DNA of 64,000 bases from an uncultured Bacteroidaceae bacterium (GTDB taxonomy: Bacteria; Bacteroidota; Bacteroidia; Bacteroidales; SM23-62), in contig CAYOPZ010000015.1 of assembly GCA_964406005.1 (NCBI GenBank), forward strand, positions 1,170 through 65,169. The letters run 5' to 3'. The position numbers and the translations under genes were made by a program. The notes under the pieces were generated by a model. That model was not told where the DNA came from, did not search any database, and was given only the letters and a program-made list of their open reading frames with translations. Numbering within the stretch: position 1 is the stretch's first letter; each line of letters starts with the position of its first letter. Shown here one piece after another: positions 19,505-29,144 of this stretch.

Positions 19505-19582
19505 AAGGCAAAGGAAGTTCTTTTTTGCGAATATACTGATATTCGGGCAATAATTCACTCAAAATCCTGTTTTGCAGGCCAT

Positions 19583-20938
19583 TCATACGGAAACAAGTTC
19601 CCCTGTCCTTTCCAGTATGCTTTTCCTGAGCTTTTTCAGATCCTCGAGTTTCCTGTTTTTTCGCATTGTCATTGCCTGGTATTTCAGGAGGGATTTCAGT
19701 TTCTTATACCAGATCAGGGAAATATGTGCCAGGAATCCGGTAAGGGGAAGGCTTCCCAGGAAAGCCCATTTGATCCATCGGGGATCCGTCCCTATCCACG
19801 CCAGGATAAAAAGAACAAGATACCAGACAGGAAAAAGGAAGACGCCTGTTACAAACCTGAAGGAGGTGTGGAACTGAAGGTCCTTAACATTTCGTGAAAT
19901 CCTGGCCGGAAGCCAGTACGGGAAAAGGTTTGTGACCGCCCCGTATAGGAACAGGGGAGCCACCACAAGCATTCCGAGGCAGGCAGGCACAAGGGCGGCA
20001 AATGGGTACCGGGATCTCTTAAAGACCCAATCCCTCAAATCCAGCTGGGTAAATCCCTTTCTGTACTGCAGGCACATACCGGCCAGCTCATCGATTTTTT
20101 CCGGCTGTTCCTGTTCGGCCGCTTCAAGTTGCCCAATCATATGCTTGTCTGCAAGGAACCTGTGGTGCAGATCCTTTGCCCGGAAACCGAGCATTGCACG
20201 CATGCGGTCATTGTATGTTTCCCGCAATTGCATATACATCTCATAATGGTCCTCTGATCTGATATCGATCATTCCCTTCCGCATTTCCGCGGAAAGCCGT
20301 TCCCGGATATCGTTCATTGCACGGGGCCGGTTTTCCAGGTAGGCCGGATAATATTCACAAACCTCAATGGGCTCACCATAATGCACATACAATTTGCCCC
20401 TGAACCGGGTATACCTCGAGTAATCAATTCCCACGGGTACGATTACCACCCCGGGACGGGTTTCGAAGTCCTCCTGGGCGCGCAGTGCAATACGGAATAT
20501 TCCCTTGACCAGCGGACGGAGACGTCTTTTATCGCCATGGTTGCCTTCAGGCATGATGCATACAGGGCATTTCATCCGGTTCAGAACCTGAAGTACCTCA
20601 TTGAAAACATCCTCGTTTTTTGACAATTCGCCGGCACCGTCACGAATGCGGTATACGGGCAGGATTTTTAGCACACGCAATATACCGGCGATGAATTTGT
20701 TCTTGAAAACGTCTGCACGTGCCAGGAATACAGGGTCCCTCCGGGATGTCATCAGGGGCGCCATTGCATCCATAAATGCCAGCTGGTGGTTGGGGGCCAG
20801 AAGCACGGGCCTGTCTTTCGGGATCCGCGACCTGTACATGGTCTGTATCCTGCGGTAAAAAAGCCAGTGGCATATCCACACATAGGCTTTCAGTAAGGAA
20901 TAACGGAGCGTAAACCTGTCGATGGGCTTTTTCTTCAT
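19583..20938 (-). CDS. 1-acyl-sn-glycerol-3-phosphate acyltransferase family protein
   Basis: NHQLAFMD, FLARADVF, MPEG, C-terminal TMs; start moved to ATG 20938. Confidence 0.85.
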   Translation of the reverse strand: MKKKPIDRFTLRYSLLKAYVWICHWLFYRRIQTMYRSRIPKDRPVLLAPNHQLAFMDAMAPLMTSRRDPVFLARADVFKNKFIAGILRVLKILPVYRIRDGAGELSKNEDVFNEVLQVLNRMKCPVCIMPEGNHGDKRRLRPLVKGIFRIALRAQEDFETRPGVVIVPVGIDYSRYTRFRGKLYVHYGEPIEVCEYYPAYLENRPRAMNDIRERLSAEMRKGMIDIRSEDHYEMYMQLRETYNDRMRAMLGFRAKDLHHRFLADKHMIGQLEAAEQEQPEKIDELAGMCLQYRKGFTQLDLRDWVFKRSRYPFAALVPACLGMLVVAPLFLYGAVTNLFPYWLPARISRNVKDLQFHTSFRFVTGVFLFPVWYLVLFILAWIGTDPRWIKWAFLGSLPLTGFLAHISLIWYKKLKSLLKYQAMTMRKNRKLEDLKKLRKSILERTGELVSV

Positions 20939-20988
20939 GAATGTACCTCTGTGACGGGAGTCTAAGGTAAAAAAAATATTGAACAGGC

Positions 20989-21435
20989 ATGGGAGAGGGT
21001 CCGGGCGAAAATCATATATTGCAGAAGATGAACGAGGCACGAAGGATCATACTGTTTGACGGGTATTGCAATTTCTGTTCGAGATCCGTTATGTTCATCA
21101 TCAGGCGTGACCGCCATGTGCGTTTTGTTTTTGCAGCATCGCAGAGCAATGCCGGCCGGAGAATCCTGTCCGAAAAAGGCATTGCCGAAATGGCCTCGCA
21201 TTCCATCCTGCTGATCGAAAACGACAGGATTTATAGAAAATCCGGTGCTGCACTCCGCATCGCACGCCGGCTGGGTGGTGTCTGGCCCCTGTTCTGGATA
21301 TGCATCGTTATTCCGGCGGGGATCAGGGATTTTTTCTATGACCTTTTGGCCGGAAACAGGTACAGGCTGTTCGGGACCCGTGACAGCTGCTTTCTGCCGG
21401 GAAGGGATATAAAGGACAGATTCCTGCAGCCATGA
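20989..21435 (+). CDS. DCC family thiol-disulfide oxidoreductase (DUF393)
   Basis: ILFDGYCNFC, RDFFYDLLAGNRYRLFG..C. Confidence 0.87.
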   Translation: MGEGPGENHILQKMNEARRIILFDGYCNFCSRSVMFIIRRDRHVRFVFAASQSNAGRRILSEKGIAEMASHSILLIENDRIYRKSGAALRIARRLGGVWPLFWICIVIPAGIRDFFYDLLAGNRYRLFGTRDSCFLPGRDIKDRFLQP

Positions 21436-21458
21436 AAGGAATGAACAGGAATAAATCC

Positions 21459-22004
21459 TCAGGCAAGTTTAAGGCTGCCTTCCTCTACTTCCCTGAACCG
21501 GGTGGAGAGTGCGGCCAGGAGATTGCTGAAGCTTGTCATGGCATCCCTGGTTTCAGAGGATATACCGGCATTCCGGAGCCTGAGCATGAGATAGCCATAA
21601 AGGCCTGTAAGACAGGCTTCTATTTCTGAAGAGAAAGGTCTCGGGCTCCGTTTCATAAAATCGAGGATGTTGTTTCGGGCACGCCGGTAAATCTGCTGGT
21701 ATTTTTTTTCTGCGGGAGATTGCAGCAGCCTGAGGTGAATGTCATTGAGTTTCCCGATCAGCTGCCTTAAAAAGGACATATGCCCCTTTTCCTGCAATTG
21801 CTCCTCCAGCATCAGGGTGACCAGGTTATTATACCAGATGCGGATTTCGTCCATGGTTTCCCGTGGCAGGCTGTATTTCCGGATCACAGCTTCCTCGATC
21901 CGGGCAATATCAAATTCCAGTGACCTGATGAGGTCTTCTATCTGCCACATATACAGGATAAATTCGGCGATGTTGGATTTTCTTTTCTCCTGTGCAATAA
22001 TCAT
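21459..22004 (-). CDS. DUF4924-like conserved Bacteroidota protein
   Basis: MIIAQEKRKSNIAEFILYMWQIEDLIR, EKGH, LYGYLMLRL. Confidence 0.75.
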   Translation of the reverse strand: MIIAQEKRKSNIAEFILYMWQIEDLIRSLEFDIARIEEAVIRKYSLPRETMDEIRIWYNNLVTLMLEEQLQEKGHMSFLRQLIGKLNDIHLRLLQSPAEKKYQQIYRRARNNILDFMKRSPRPFSSEIEACLTGLYGYLMLRLRNAGISSETRDAMTSFSNLLAALSTRFREVEEGSLKLA

Positions 22005-22005
22005 T

Positions 22006-22401
22006 CTACATTTTATTTTGTGATTCTTCCCTGAGCTTGTCCATGGTCCTTCTTTCCTTTTTCGTGGGCCTTCCCGCCCCCCTGTCGCGTACTATGAAAA
22101 AGGTTTCCCTTACTTTACGCTTTTCCTTTTCGGATTCAGGCGTTATGTCTTCACAATAATCCTGCACCAGCCTGGCTGACAATCTTTTACCGGGCAGCCC
22201 CCTGACCCTGTAAGAACAGATTACCGGGGGTTTCCTTACATGCACAATGTCATCTCTCTTCAGTACCCTTGAAGGTTTGACAGGAATATCATCAATGATG
22301 ACCTTGCCCTTTCTGCATGCCTCCGCAGCCTGGCTTCTTGTTTTGAATATCCTTACGGCCCAGAGCCACTTATCTGCCCTGACCTGCTTATCAGTCAACA
22401 T
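22006..22401 (-). CDS. hslR: S4-domain heat shock protein Hsp15
   Basis: RADKWLWAVRIFKTRSQA, GRPTKKERR. Confidence 0.88.
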   Translation of the reverse strand: MLTDKQVRADKWLWAVRIFKTRSQAAEACRKGKVIIDDIPVKPSRVLKRDDIVHVRKPPVICSYRVRGLPGKRLSARLVQDYCEDITPESEKEKRKVRETFFIVRDRGAGRPTKKERRTMDKLREESQNKM

Positions 22402-22415
22402 GTATTTCTTTTCCT

Positions 22416-23123
22416 TTAAGATTCATTTACCTCGAGCATGAATCCCGTTCGGTGGATATTGATAATGTTCACGTTGGGATCCGGTGACAGGAACTTGCGC
22501 AGTTTGGTGATGTACACGTCCATGCTCCTGCCCATGAAATAGTCGTCTTCCCCCCAGATCATTTTCAGGGCGATTTCACGTCGAAGGATCTTGTTCTTGT
22601 TGATGCAGAGCAACCGCAGGACCTCGGCTTCCTTTTTAGTCAGCCTCTTTTCACCGGACGAGCTCTTGAGCAGCTGGTTGGAATAATCGAAAGTGAAGGT
22701 GCCGAGATTAAATATGGTATCCTTTTCGTCATCCAGCAGGGATAACCGTGTTCTTCTCAATATGGCCTCGATCCGAAGTTGTAATTCTTCCGTGCTGAAA
22801 GGCTTGGTGATATAATCATCCCCTCCGAGCTTGAATCCCTTTACCTTGTCTTCCTTCATGGTTTTGGCCGTCAGAAAAATGATGGGTACGACCTTGTTGA
22901 CCAGGCGGATCTCTTCGGCGACAGTAAAACCGTCCTTCAGTGGCATCATCACATCCAGAATGCATATATCGAATTTCCCGTTCCTGAACAACTCCATCCC
23001 TGCAACCCCGTCTTCCGCGAGTTGTACGCTATAGCCTGACATGGTAAGGAAATCGGTCAGGACGAATCCCAGGTTTTTATCATCCTCAACAAGGAGGATG
23101 TTGGCTCTTTTTTTTTTCATCAT
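22416..23123 (-). CDS. rprY: OmpR-family response regulator (RprY-like)
   Basis: VEDD, ILDVMMP, DDYITKPF, RSMDVYITKLRK. Confidence 0.8.
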   Translation of the reverse strand: MMKKKRANILLVEDDKNLGFVLTDFLTMSGYSVQLAEDGVAGMELFRNGKFDICILDVMMPLKDGFTVAEEIRLVNKVVPIIFLTAKTMKEDKVKGFKLGGDDYITKPFSTEELQLRIEAILRRTRLSLLDDEKDTIFNLGTFTFDYSNQLLKSSSGEKRLTKKEAEVLRLLCINKNKILRREIALKMIWGEDDYFMGRSMDVYITKLRKFLSPDPNVNIINIHRTGFMLEVNES

Positions 23124-23155
23124 TGTAAAAAGCCTGACATGCTAATTTACAGAAT

Positions 23156-24436
23156 TTAAACGGGTGCATCAAGAGGCAGGAATACATCGAAGCGGCTGCC
23201 TCTGTTCGGTTCACTGTGGACCTCTATATAACCGCCATGGGCGCTGACCATGTTTTTCACGTAGTAGAGTCCGAGACCGAATCCTTTTACATTGTGTATG
23301 TTACCGGTAGGAACCCTGTAAAACTTGTCGAATATGTGTTTGACCGTATCGCTGCTCATGCCGATCCCATGATCTTCGATCGAGAAGACAATGCCTTCAT
23401 TTATATTCCGGGTATAAATGTTAATGAAAGCGCCGCTGCTGGAATATTTAATGGCATTGTCAACAAGGTTGACGACGACGTTCCTGATGTGCATCTCATC
23501 GGCTGACATTTCATAATCACCGGCATCGAGATGATAATTCACCGTGGTCTGTTCCTCGCATCGCTCAATACACAGATTCTGCACGGTTTCCCTGATAAGC
23601 TGATGCAGGTTGAACTCGGATTTTCTCAAGTTGAACTCACCCTTGTCGAGCTTGGCGACCTGCAGGACCCTTTCGACCTGTCCCCTCATCCGTAGATTTT
23701 CGTCATAAATGATTTTCGAGTATTTATTAATCCTTTCCGAGGATGAAGCCGTACCGGAATTCAGGAGCACCTCGGAGGCAAGTGAAATGGTCGAGATCGG
23801 GGTCTTGAATTCATGGGTCATGTTGTTGATAAAGTCGTTTTTGATCTCAGATATTTTTTTCTGACGGATGATGGTGGAAATGATATAAAGGAATAGAAAA
23901 ACAATGATCAGGATAAAGATCCCGGAAAAGATCAGCCACATTGACATATCAACGAGCACTTCCTTGCGCTGGGAAGGGAAAAAGACGGCAAGATGGGTAT
24001 TCTCCTTTTTCCACAAACTGGACAGGCAAAGCTTGTGGGCATTTTTCATCAGGGATTTTGGTATTAGCTTTGCGGAGGCATACATGATCGAATCCGAATC
24101 TGTTTGCACAATGGCATATTCGTAATTCTGATCCAGCCGGTGGTAATCAATGTACTTGCCGAGCAGGTTTGCAAGCAGAACCGTATCGATCACCTCGAAG
24201 TAGGTCTTTTCCTGTCCGGAAGCTGTATATTTCGGATTTCCCGATTTGATCAGATTTGTATTGTTGGCGGCACCCATCTCATTAAGCACATCCTCAAGGG
24301 CCATGTCAATTCTGTGGTCATGCTGTTTTTCAGTCAGATTGATTGCTCTTACAATCCAGAAAGACTGGGTGACAGTAAGCCCGACCAGGGCAACCGAGGC
24401 AAAGAGGATAACAATTATGATGTGTGATTTTTGCAT
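23156..24436 (-). CDS. rprX: Sensor histidine kinase (RprX-like)
   Basis: 2 TMs, DFINNMTHEFKTPISTI, NLVDNAIKY, DHGIGM, KGFGLGL. Confidence 0.8.
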   Translation of the reverse strand: MQKSHIIIVILFASVALVGLTVTQSFWIVRAINLTEKQHDHRIDMALEDVLNEMGAANNTNLIKSGNPKYTASGQEKTYFEVIDTVLLANLLGKYIDYHRLDQNYEYAIVQTDSDSIMYASAKLIPKSLMKNAHKLCLSSLWKKENTHLAVFFPSQRKEVLVDMSMWLIFSGIFILIIVFLFLYIISTIIRQKKISEIKNDFINNMTHEFKTPISTISLASEVLLNSGTASSSERINKYSKIIYDENLRMRGQVERVLQVAKLDKGEFNLRKSEFNLHQLIRETVQNLCIERCEEQTTVNYHLDAGDYEMSADEMHIRNVVVNLVDNAIKYSSSGAFINIYTRNINEGIVFSIEDHGIGMSSDTVKHIFDKFYRVPTGNIHNVKGFGLGLYYVKNMVSAHGGYIEVHSEPNRGSRFDVFLPLDAPV

Positions 24437-24454
24437 GGAGAATCGGGTACCTCA

Positions 24455-24505
24455 CAAATATACGGCATAATCGGAATTCACTAAGTCCTTTAACATATCT
24501 TTAAC
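24455..24505 (-). promoter_or_regulatory. rprXY promoter (TATATTTG) with 11-bp-period direct repeat
   Basis: caaatata at 24455-24462; CTTTAAC at 24488-24494 and 24499-24505. Confidence 0.5.
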
Positions 24506-24511
24506 GGTAGA

Positions 24512-25081
24512 TTACCGGTTGTTGAATTCGTTCATGGTTCGTTCCAGGCCGATCGTGCCAAAACTGAGGATGGCATCAGCGGCCAGCCGGATGCGTTCTT
24601 CAAGTATGCGTTTTTCTTCTTCCGTCCATTTCCCGAGTACATGCCTTATCTGTCCGCCGGACCTGAAATCACTCCCGATCCCGAAGCGGAGACGGGCATA
24701 CTGGTTTGTTGCCAGGATCTGGTTGATGTGTATCAGCCCGTTGTGTCCGCCGTCTCCGCCATGGGGTCGAAGTCTTAACGTCCCGAAGGGAAGCGCAAGG
24801 TCATCCAGTACCACCAGCAGCTTTTCAACGGGAATTTTTTCCTTTTTCAGCCAGTAATGTACGGCACGGCCACTGAAATTTACGTAGGTAGTGGGTTTAA
24901 CAAGGAAGAATATCCTGCTTTTGTATTTAAGGCTGGCAGTAAATGCGAACCGGCTGTCCCTGAAGCGTACACCGGATGCCTCTGCAAGTGCATCCAGTAT
25001 TATAAATCCGGCATTGTGCCTTGTTCCGGAGTAATCCTCTCCGGCATTGCCGAGTCCAGCAACCAGGAATTTCAAAAGCAA
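24512..25081 (-). CDS. pth: Peptidyl-tRNA hydrolase
   Basis: GLGN..Y..TRHNAGF, KPTTYVNFSG, GGHNGL, RLRFGIG. Confidence 0.93.
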   Translation of the reverse strand: MLLKFLVAGLGNAGEDYSGTRHNAGFIILDALAEASGVRFRDSRFAFTASLKYKSRIFFLVKPTTYVNFSGRAVHYWLKKEKIPVEKLLVVLDDLALPFGTLRLRPHGGDGGHNGLIHINQILATNQYARLRFGIGSDFRSGGQIRHVLGKWTEEEKRILEERIRLAADAILSFGTIGLERTMNEFNNR

Positions 25082-25083
25082 GT

Positions 25084-25761
25084 TTATTGGTCTTCCTGCG
25101 GGGATTCCTCACCGGCGGCTGATGTTTCCTCTCCTTCGGCAGCCTCGGCTTCCTCTTCAATAACTTCTTCTTCAACCTCTTCTTCTTCAACGACGGCTTC
25201 ACGAAGACCCTTGGCAACCAGCCGTGAGGATACAACACCTGCCACCATGGCCCTTGGCGGGTCAAGAATTTCCAGCCCGGTGTAATTGAGATCGCCGATC
25301 TTGAGGCTTGTCCCGATGTCAAGGTCCGTTATATCGATCTCGAACCTTTCAGGCATGTCTTTGAGATATCCGCGGACCCTGATGGACCTTCTTCTCTGGC
25401 GCAATTTACCGCCTTCCTTGATCCCGACGGAGCTGCCGGTCAGTTCGATGGGCAGGTTCAGGGTTATTCTTTTATCGGGAAATACCTGTCTGAAATCTAT
25501 GTGCAGAATCTCATCCGATACAGGATGAAACTGGATGTCCTGTATTATAGCTTCGTATTTTTCCCCCTCTATATCGAGTTTCATGAGAAAAACATCGCTT
25601 GTATAGATCATCTTCTTAAGGTCGATGATGCCGGCAGAAAAATGGATGTTTTCCCTGCCTCCGTACAGGACACACGGCACCCGTCCCTGTTTGCGGATCT
25701 TACCGGATTCCTTTTTCCCTGTTTCTTTTCGCTGTATTCCTTTGATTTCTAGTGTTTTCAT
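25084..25761 (-). CDS. rplY: 50S ribosomal protein L25/Ctc
   Basis: RKQGRVPCVLYGG, QFHPVSDEILHIDF, acidic tail; start moved to ATG 25761; TATATTTG at 25852-25859. Confidence 0.93.
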   Translation of the reverse strand: MKTLEIKGIQRKETGKKESGKIRKQGRVPCVLYGGRENIHFSAGIIDLKKMIYTSDVFLMKLDIEGEKYEAIIQDIQFHPVSDEILHIDFRQVFPDKRITLNLPIELTGSSVGIKEGGKLRQRRRSIRVRGYLKDMPERFEIDITDLDIGTSLKIGDLNYTGLEILDPPRAMVAGVVSSRLVAKGLREAVVEEEEVEEEVIEEEAEAAEGEETSAAGEESPQEDQ

Positions 25762-25863
25762 TGTAATACACGGTTTAAATGCCACTCCCTATCAGAGAGC
25801 CTTGTTCCCATCGGGGACGCCGGTCGAAATCAGCCCTTGAAAAAAGACCCGCAAATATAATAT

Positions 25864-26802
25864 TTATTGTATAAACTTGGAACTGATGGATTCATAATTG
25901 TAGACCTTGTTGATCACATCAGCAAAAAGTTCGGCAACGGAAATGACCTTGATTTTGGGACTCTTCATACGGACCGGTATCGTATCGGTAACTATGATTT
26001 CCTTGATCTGTGATGCCTTTATCTTCTCGAAAGCCGGACCCGACAGCACAGGGTGCGTGGCACATACCCTGACGGAACGGGCGCCTTCAATCATCATCAT
26101 ATCGGCTGCGAGACAGATGGTACCGGCGGTATCGATCATATCATCGACGATGATTATATCCTTTCCCTTAATGTCCCCTATCACCTTGATGTCTTCCACT
26201 ACGTTTGCCTTTTTCCGTACCTTATAACATATGACCATCTCGGTATTCATGAAACGGGAATAGGCATTTGCCCTTTTTGTTCCCCCCATGTCGGGTGCGG
26301 CAATAGACAGATTTCCAAGCTCAAGGCTTTTCAGGTAGGGCACAAACAGGGAAGAGGCATAGAGATGATCTACCGGGACGTCAAAAAAACCCTGCAGCTG
26401 GTCGGCATGCAGGTCCATTGTCATCACCCTGTCCACACCGGCTGCCGAGAGCAGGTTGGCTACGAGCTTCGCGCCAATGGCCGCCCGTGGCCTGTCTTTA
26501 CGGTCCTGCCGTGCATACCCGAAATAAGGCATGACAGCCACTATTTTATAGGCCGAGGCTCTTTTTGCCGCATCAATCAGCAGCAGTAATTCCAGCAGGT
26601 TCTCGGCCGGAGGAAATGTAGACTGTATGATAAAGACCGTGCAGCCCCTTACAGACTCCAGGTAATTGGGTTGAAATTCTCCGTCACTGAACCGGAGCAC
26701 ATTGGTTTTGCCAAGTTCGCTTCCGTAAGCTTTGGCTATTTTTTCCGCCAGGTACACGGTTTGGGTTCCGGCAAAGAATTTAATGGGGGAACTGGGTCTC
26801 AT
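25864..26802 (-). CDS. prs: Ribose-phosphate pyrophosphokinase
   Basis: RFSDGE, PYFGYARQDRK, DLHA, VDDMIDTAGT; start moved to ATG 26802; TACTTTTG at 26835-26842. Confidence 0.95.
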   Translation of the reverse strand: MRPSSPIKFFAGTQTVYLAEKIAKAYGSELGKTNVLRFSDGEFQPNYLESVRGCTVFIIQSTFPPAENLLELLLLIDAAKRASAYKIVAVMPYFGYARQDRKDRPRAAIGAKLVANLLSAAGVDRVMTMDLHADQLQGFFDVPVDHLYASSLFVPYLKSLELGNLSIAAPDMGGTKRANAYSRFMNTEMVICYKVRKKANVVEDIKVIGDIKGKDIIIVDDMIDTAGTICLAADMMMIEGARSVRVCATHPVLSGPAFEKIKASQIKEIIVTDTIPVRMKSPKIKVISVAELFADVINKVYNYESISSKFIQ

Positions 26803-26857
26803 CTGCACTGGAAATGAATGGCTTATTCGCTGCTCAAAAGTAAACATTAATTTTTAC

Positions 26858-27451
26858 TCACTGAAGGGTTTCCCCTATAAATTCGAGCAACTCTTCGCGC
26901 CCGGTCCTTTTCAGTGATGATGTGAGGAACAGCGGGGGCATGGATTTCCACCACCGAAGCATGTTTTGCCTGTACCTGGTAACATTTTTGTCGAGCCTGG
27001 CGGGTGGAACCTTGTCTGTCTTTGTGAATACCATGGCGAACGGGATTCTGTTTTCGCCCAGGTAACGGAGAAACTCACCGTCGTTTCTTTGCATTTCAAG
27101 GCGTGAATCGATAAGGAGAAAAAGGCAGACAAGATTGCTTCTGTTGCAAAGGTAGTTCTTTGTAAGCTTTGTCATTTTATCGCGGGCCGGTACGGGCATT
27201 TTCGCATAGCCGTAACCGGGCAGATCCACAATATACCAGCTGCCGTCTACCAGAAAATGGTTAATGAACCGGGTCTTCCCGGGTGTGGAAGATGTTTTTG
27301 CCAGCCCGGAACGGTTGACAAGCATGTTGATCAGCGATGATTTTCCGACATTCGACCTTCCGGTAAAGGCGAATTCAGGGAGCATGTCCCCGGGGCACTC
27401 AGACAGGCGCTGACTGCTTGTAACGAAAACTGCGCTGCCTACTGTCGTCAT
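26858..27451 (-). CDS. yihA: Ribosome biogenesis GTPase YihA/YsxC
   Basis: GRSNVGKSS, PGKT, DLPGYG, TKTD. Confidence 0.93.
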   Translation of the reverse strand: MTTVGSAVFVTSSQRLSECPGDMLPEFAFTGRSNVGKSSLINMLVNRSGLAKTSSTPGKTRFINHFLVDGSWYIVDLPGYGYAKMPVPARDKMTKLTKNYLCNRSNLVCLFLLIDSRLEMQRNDGEFLRYLGENRIPFAMVFTKTDKVPPARLDKNVTRYRQNMLRWWKSMPPLFLTSSLKRTGREELLEFIGETLQ

Positions 27452-28431
27452 TTGATATAGATCTCAAGGATTTTGGCAGGTCCCTCCGGTATCAGCTCCA
27501 GGTTTTTCAAGGCTGCAGGGATCAATACGGTTTCTCCGCGGATCATTGATACTTCCCCGGTTCCGGGATAACGGATCATACAGTGACCTTCCACGCACAT
27601 GTAGATGATAAAGGAATCAATATAATTGAAATCCTTTTCAACCGGCCTGTTGAGGTAAATGATATCGGTTGTGAAATAAGGACAGTCCGCGATATTGGTC
27701 CGGCTGTTGATCAGGGGATCAAATTGCCGTTTGTACTTCCCCGGATCATTGTAAACGATGGCATCCAAAGCCAGATCCATATGCATTTCCCTGCTTTTCC
27801 CTTCCTTGTCCACCCGGTCCCAGTCATAGATCCGGTAAGTGATATCGGAGGTCTGCTGGATTTCGGCCAGCAGGATCCCCGCACCTATGGAATGAACCCT
27901 GCCGGCCGGTGTAAAAAAGACATCCCCCGCTTCTGCCTTTTCATACTTCAGTATTTCGGGAAGCTTTTTATTGTGAACGTGTTCAAGGAATATTTCCTTT
28001 GAGACGGGTCGCCTGAATCCCGATATCAACCAGGCATCCTTTTCGGCTTCCATGATGTACCACATTTCGGTCTTTCCATAAGCCTTATGTCTTTCCATGG
28101 CCAACGTGTCATCCGGATGGACCTGAATGGACAGAAGATCGTTGGCATCGATGAATTTGACCAGCAGGGGGAACTCGATGCCGAATTTTTCATAAATGTG
28201 ATCACCGACCATTTCTCCCATGTATATCTCGATCAGTTCCTGAAGATTATTGCCGGCCAGGAACCCGTTGGAAACATGTGTGATCATCCCCTGTACGCCT
28301 GATATTTCCCAGCTTTCACCACAGGAATCCGTGGGGCAGGGTTTGTTAAGGATGTCCCTCAGCCGGGTGCCTCCCCAGATCACATCCTTCAGGATGGGAT
28401 TGAATTTAATCGGATATAAGGGATTTTGCAT
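27448..28431 (-). CDS. manA: Mannose-6-phosphate isomerase, type I
   Basis: IWGG, GESWEIS, LSIQVHPDD, GKTEMWY, EIQQTSD. Confidence 0.88.
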   Translation of the reverse strand: MQNPLYPIKFNPILKDVIWGGTRLRDILNKPCPTDSCGESWEISGVQGMITHVSNGFLAGNNLQELIEIYMGEMVGDHIYEKFGIEFPLLVKFIDANDLLSIQVHPDDTLAMERHKAYGKTEMWYIMEAEKDAWLISGFRRPVSKEIFLEHVHNKKLPEILKYEKAEAGDVFFTPAGRVHSIGAGILLAEIQQTSDITYRIYDWDRVDKEGKSREMHMDLALDAIVYNDPGKYKRQFDPLINSRTNIADCPYFTTDIIYLNRPVEKDFNYIDSFIIYMCVEGHCMIRYPGTGEVSMIRGETVLIPAALKNLELIPEGPAKILEIYIK

Positions 28432-28514
28432 TTCTTTTTCAGGACTGTTTCGGATTTCGTAATTTGGGGCTGCAATCCAAGCACAAAAGTAACAAAATTG
28501 AATCGTTCAAATCA

Positions 28515-29132
28515 ATGCTCGTAGTTGGAATTACCGGTGGCACGGGTTCAGGGAAAACCACGGTGGTCAGAAAAGTGATGGAACAATTGCCGGAAAACCG
28601 GGTGGCATTACTCTCGCAGGATTCCTATTACAAGGACAACAGTCATCTGGAACCGGAAGCGAGGCAGGAGATCAATTTTGACCACCCGGACTCCCTGGAA
28701 TTCAGCCTGCTGACCGATCATATCAGCCGGCTGAAGAATGGCCGGACAATCAGGCAGCCCGTGTATTCCTATCTGACATGCACACGTTCCAAAGAAACCG
28801 TAACGGTGGCACCCAGGGAAGTAACCATACTTGAAGGGATACTGATCCTCACCGATCCGGCCCTGCGCGCCCTGATAGATATAAAGGTTTTTGTTGATGC
28901 AGATGCCGACGACCGGTTGGGGAGGGTCATTTCAAGGGACATAAAGGAGCGGGGCAGGTCGCTGGACAAAGTTCTGGAACGCTACGAGAAAACGGTCAAA
29001 CCCATGCATCTGCAGTTCATTGAGCCTTCCAAACGATATGCCGACATTATCATTCCGCAGGGGGGCAGCAATCATGTGGCCATCGATATACTCAGTACCA
29101 TCATCACGGACCGCCTTAAGAACACCGGATAA
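28515..29132 (+). CDS. udk: Uridine kinase
   Basis: GITGGTGSGKTT, QDSYYKD, NFDHP, RDIKERGR; start moved to ATG 28515. Confidence 0.92.
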   Translation: MLVVGITGGTGSGKTTVVRKVMEQLPENRVALLSQDSYYKDNSHLEPEARQEINFDHPDSLEFSLLTDHISRLKNGRTIRQPVYSYLTCTRSKETVTVAPREVTILEGILILTDPALRALIDIKVFVDADADDRLGRVISRDIKERGRSLDKVLERYEKTVKPMHLQFIEPSKRYADIIIPQGGSNHVAIDILSTIITDRLKNTG

Positions 29133-29144
29133 ACCCGTCACGCC

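Noticed and set aside
25084..25200. TTC-rich low-complexity tract
   Set aside because: Encodes the ordinary acidic tail of L25/Ctc
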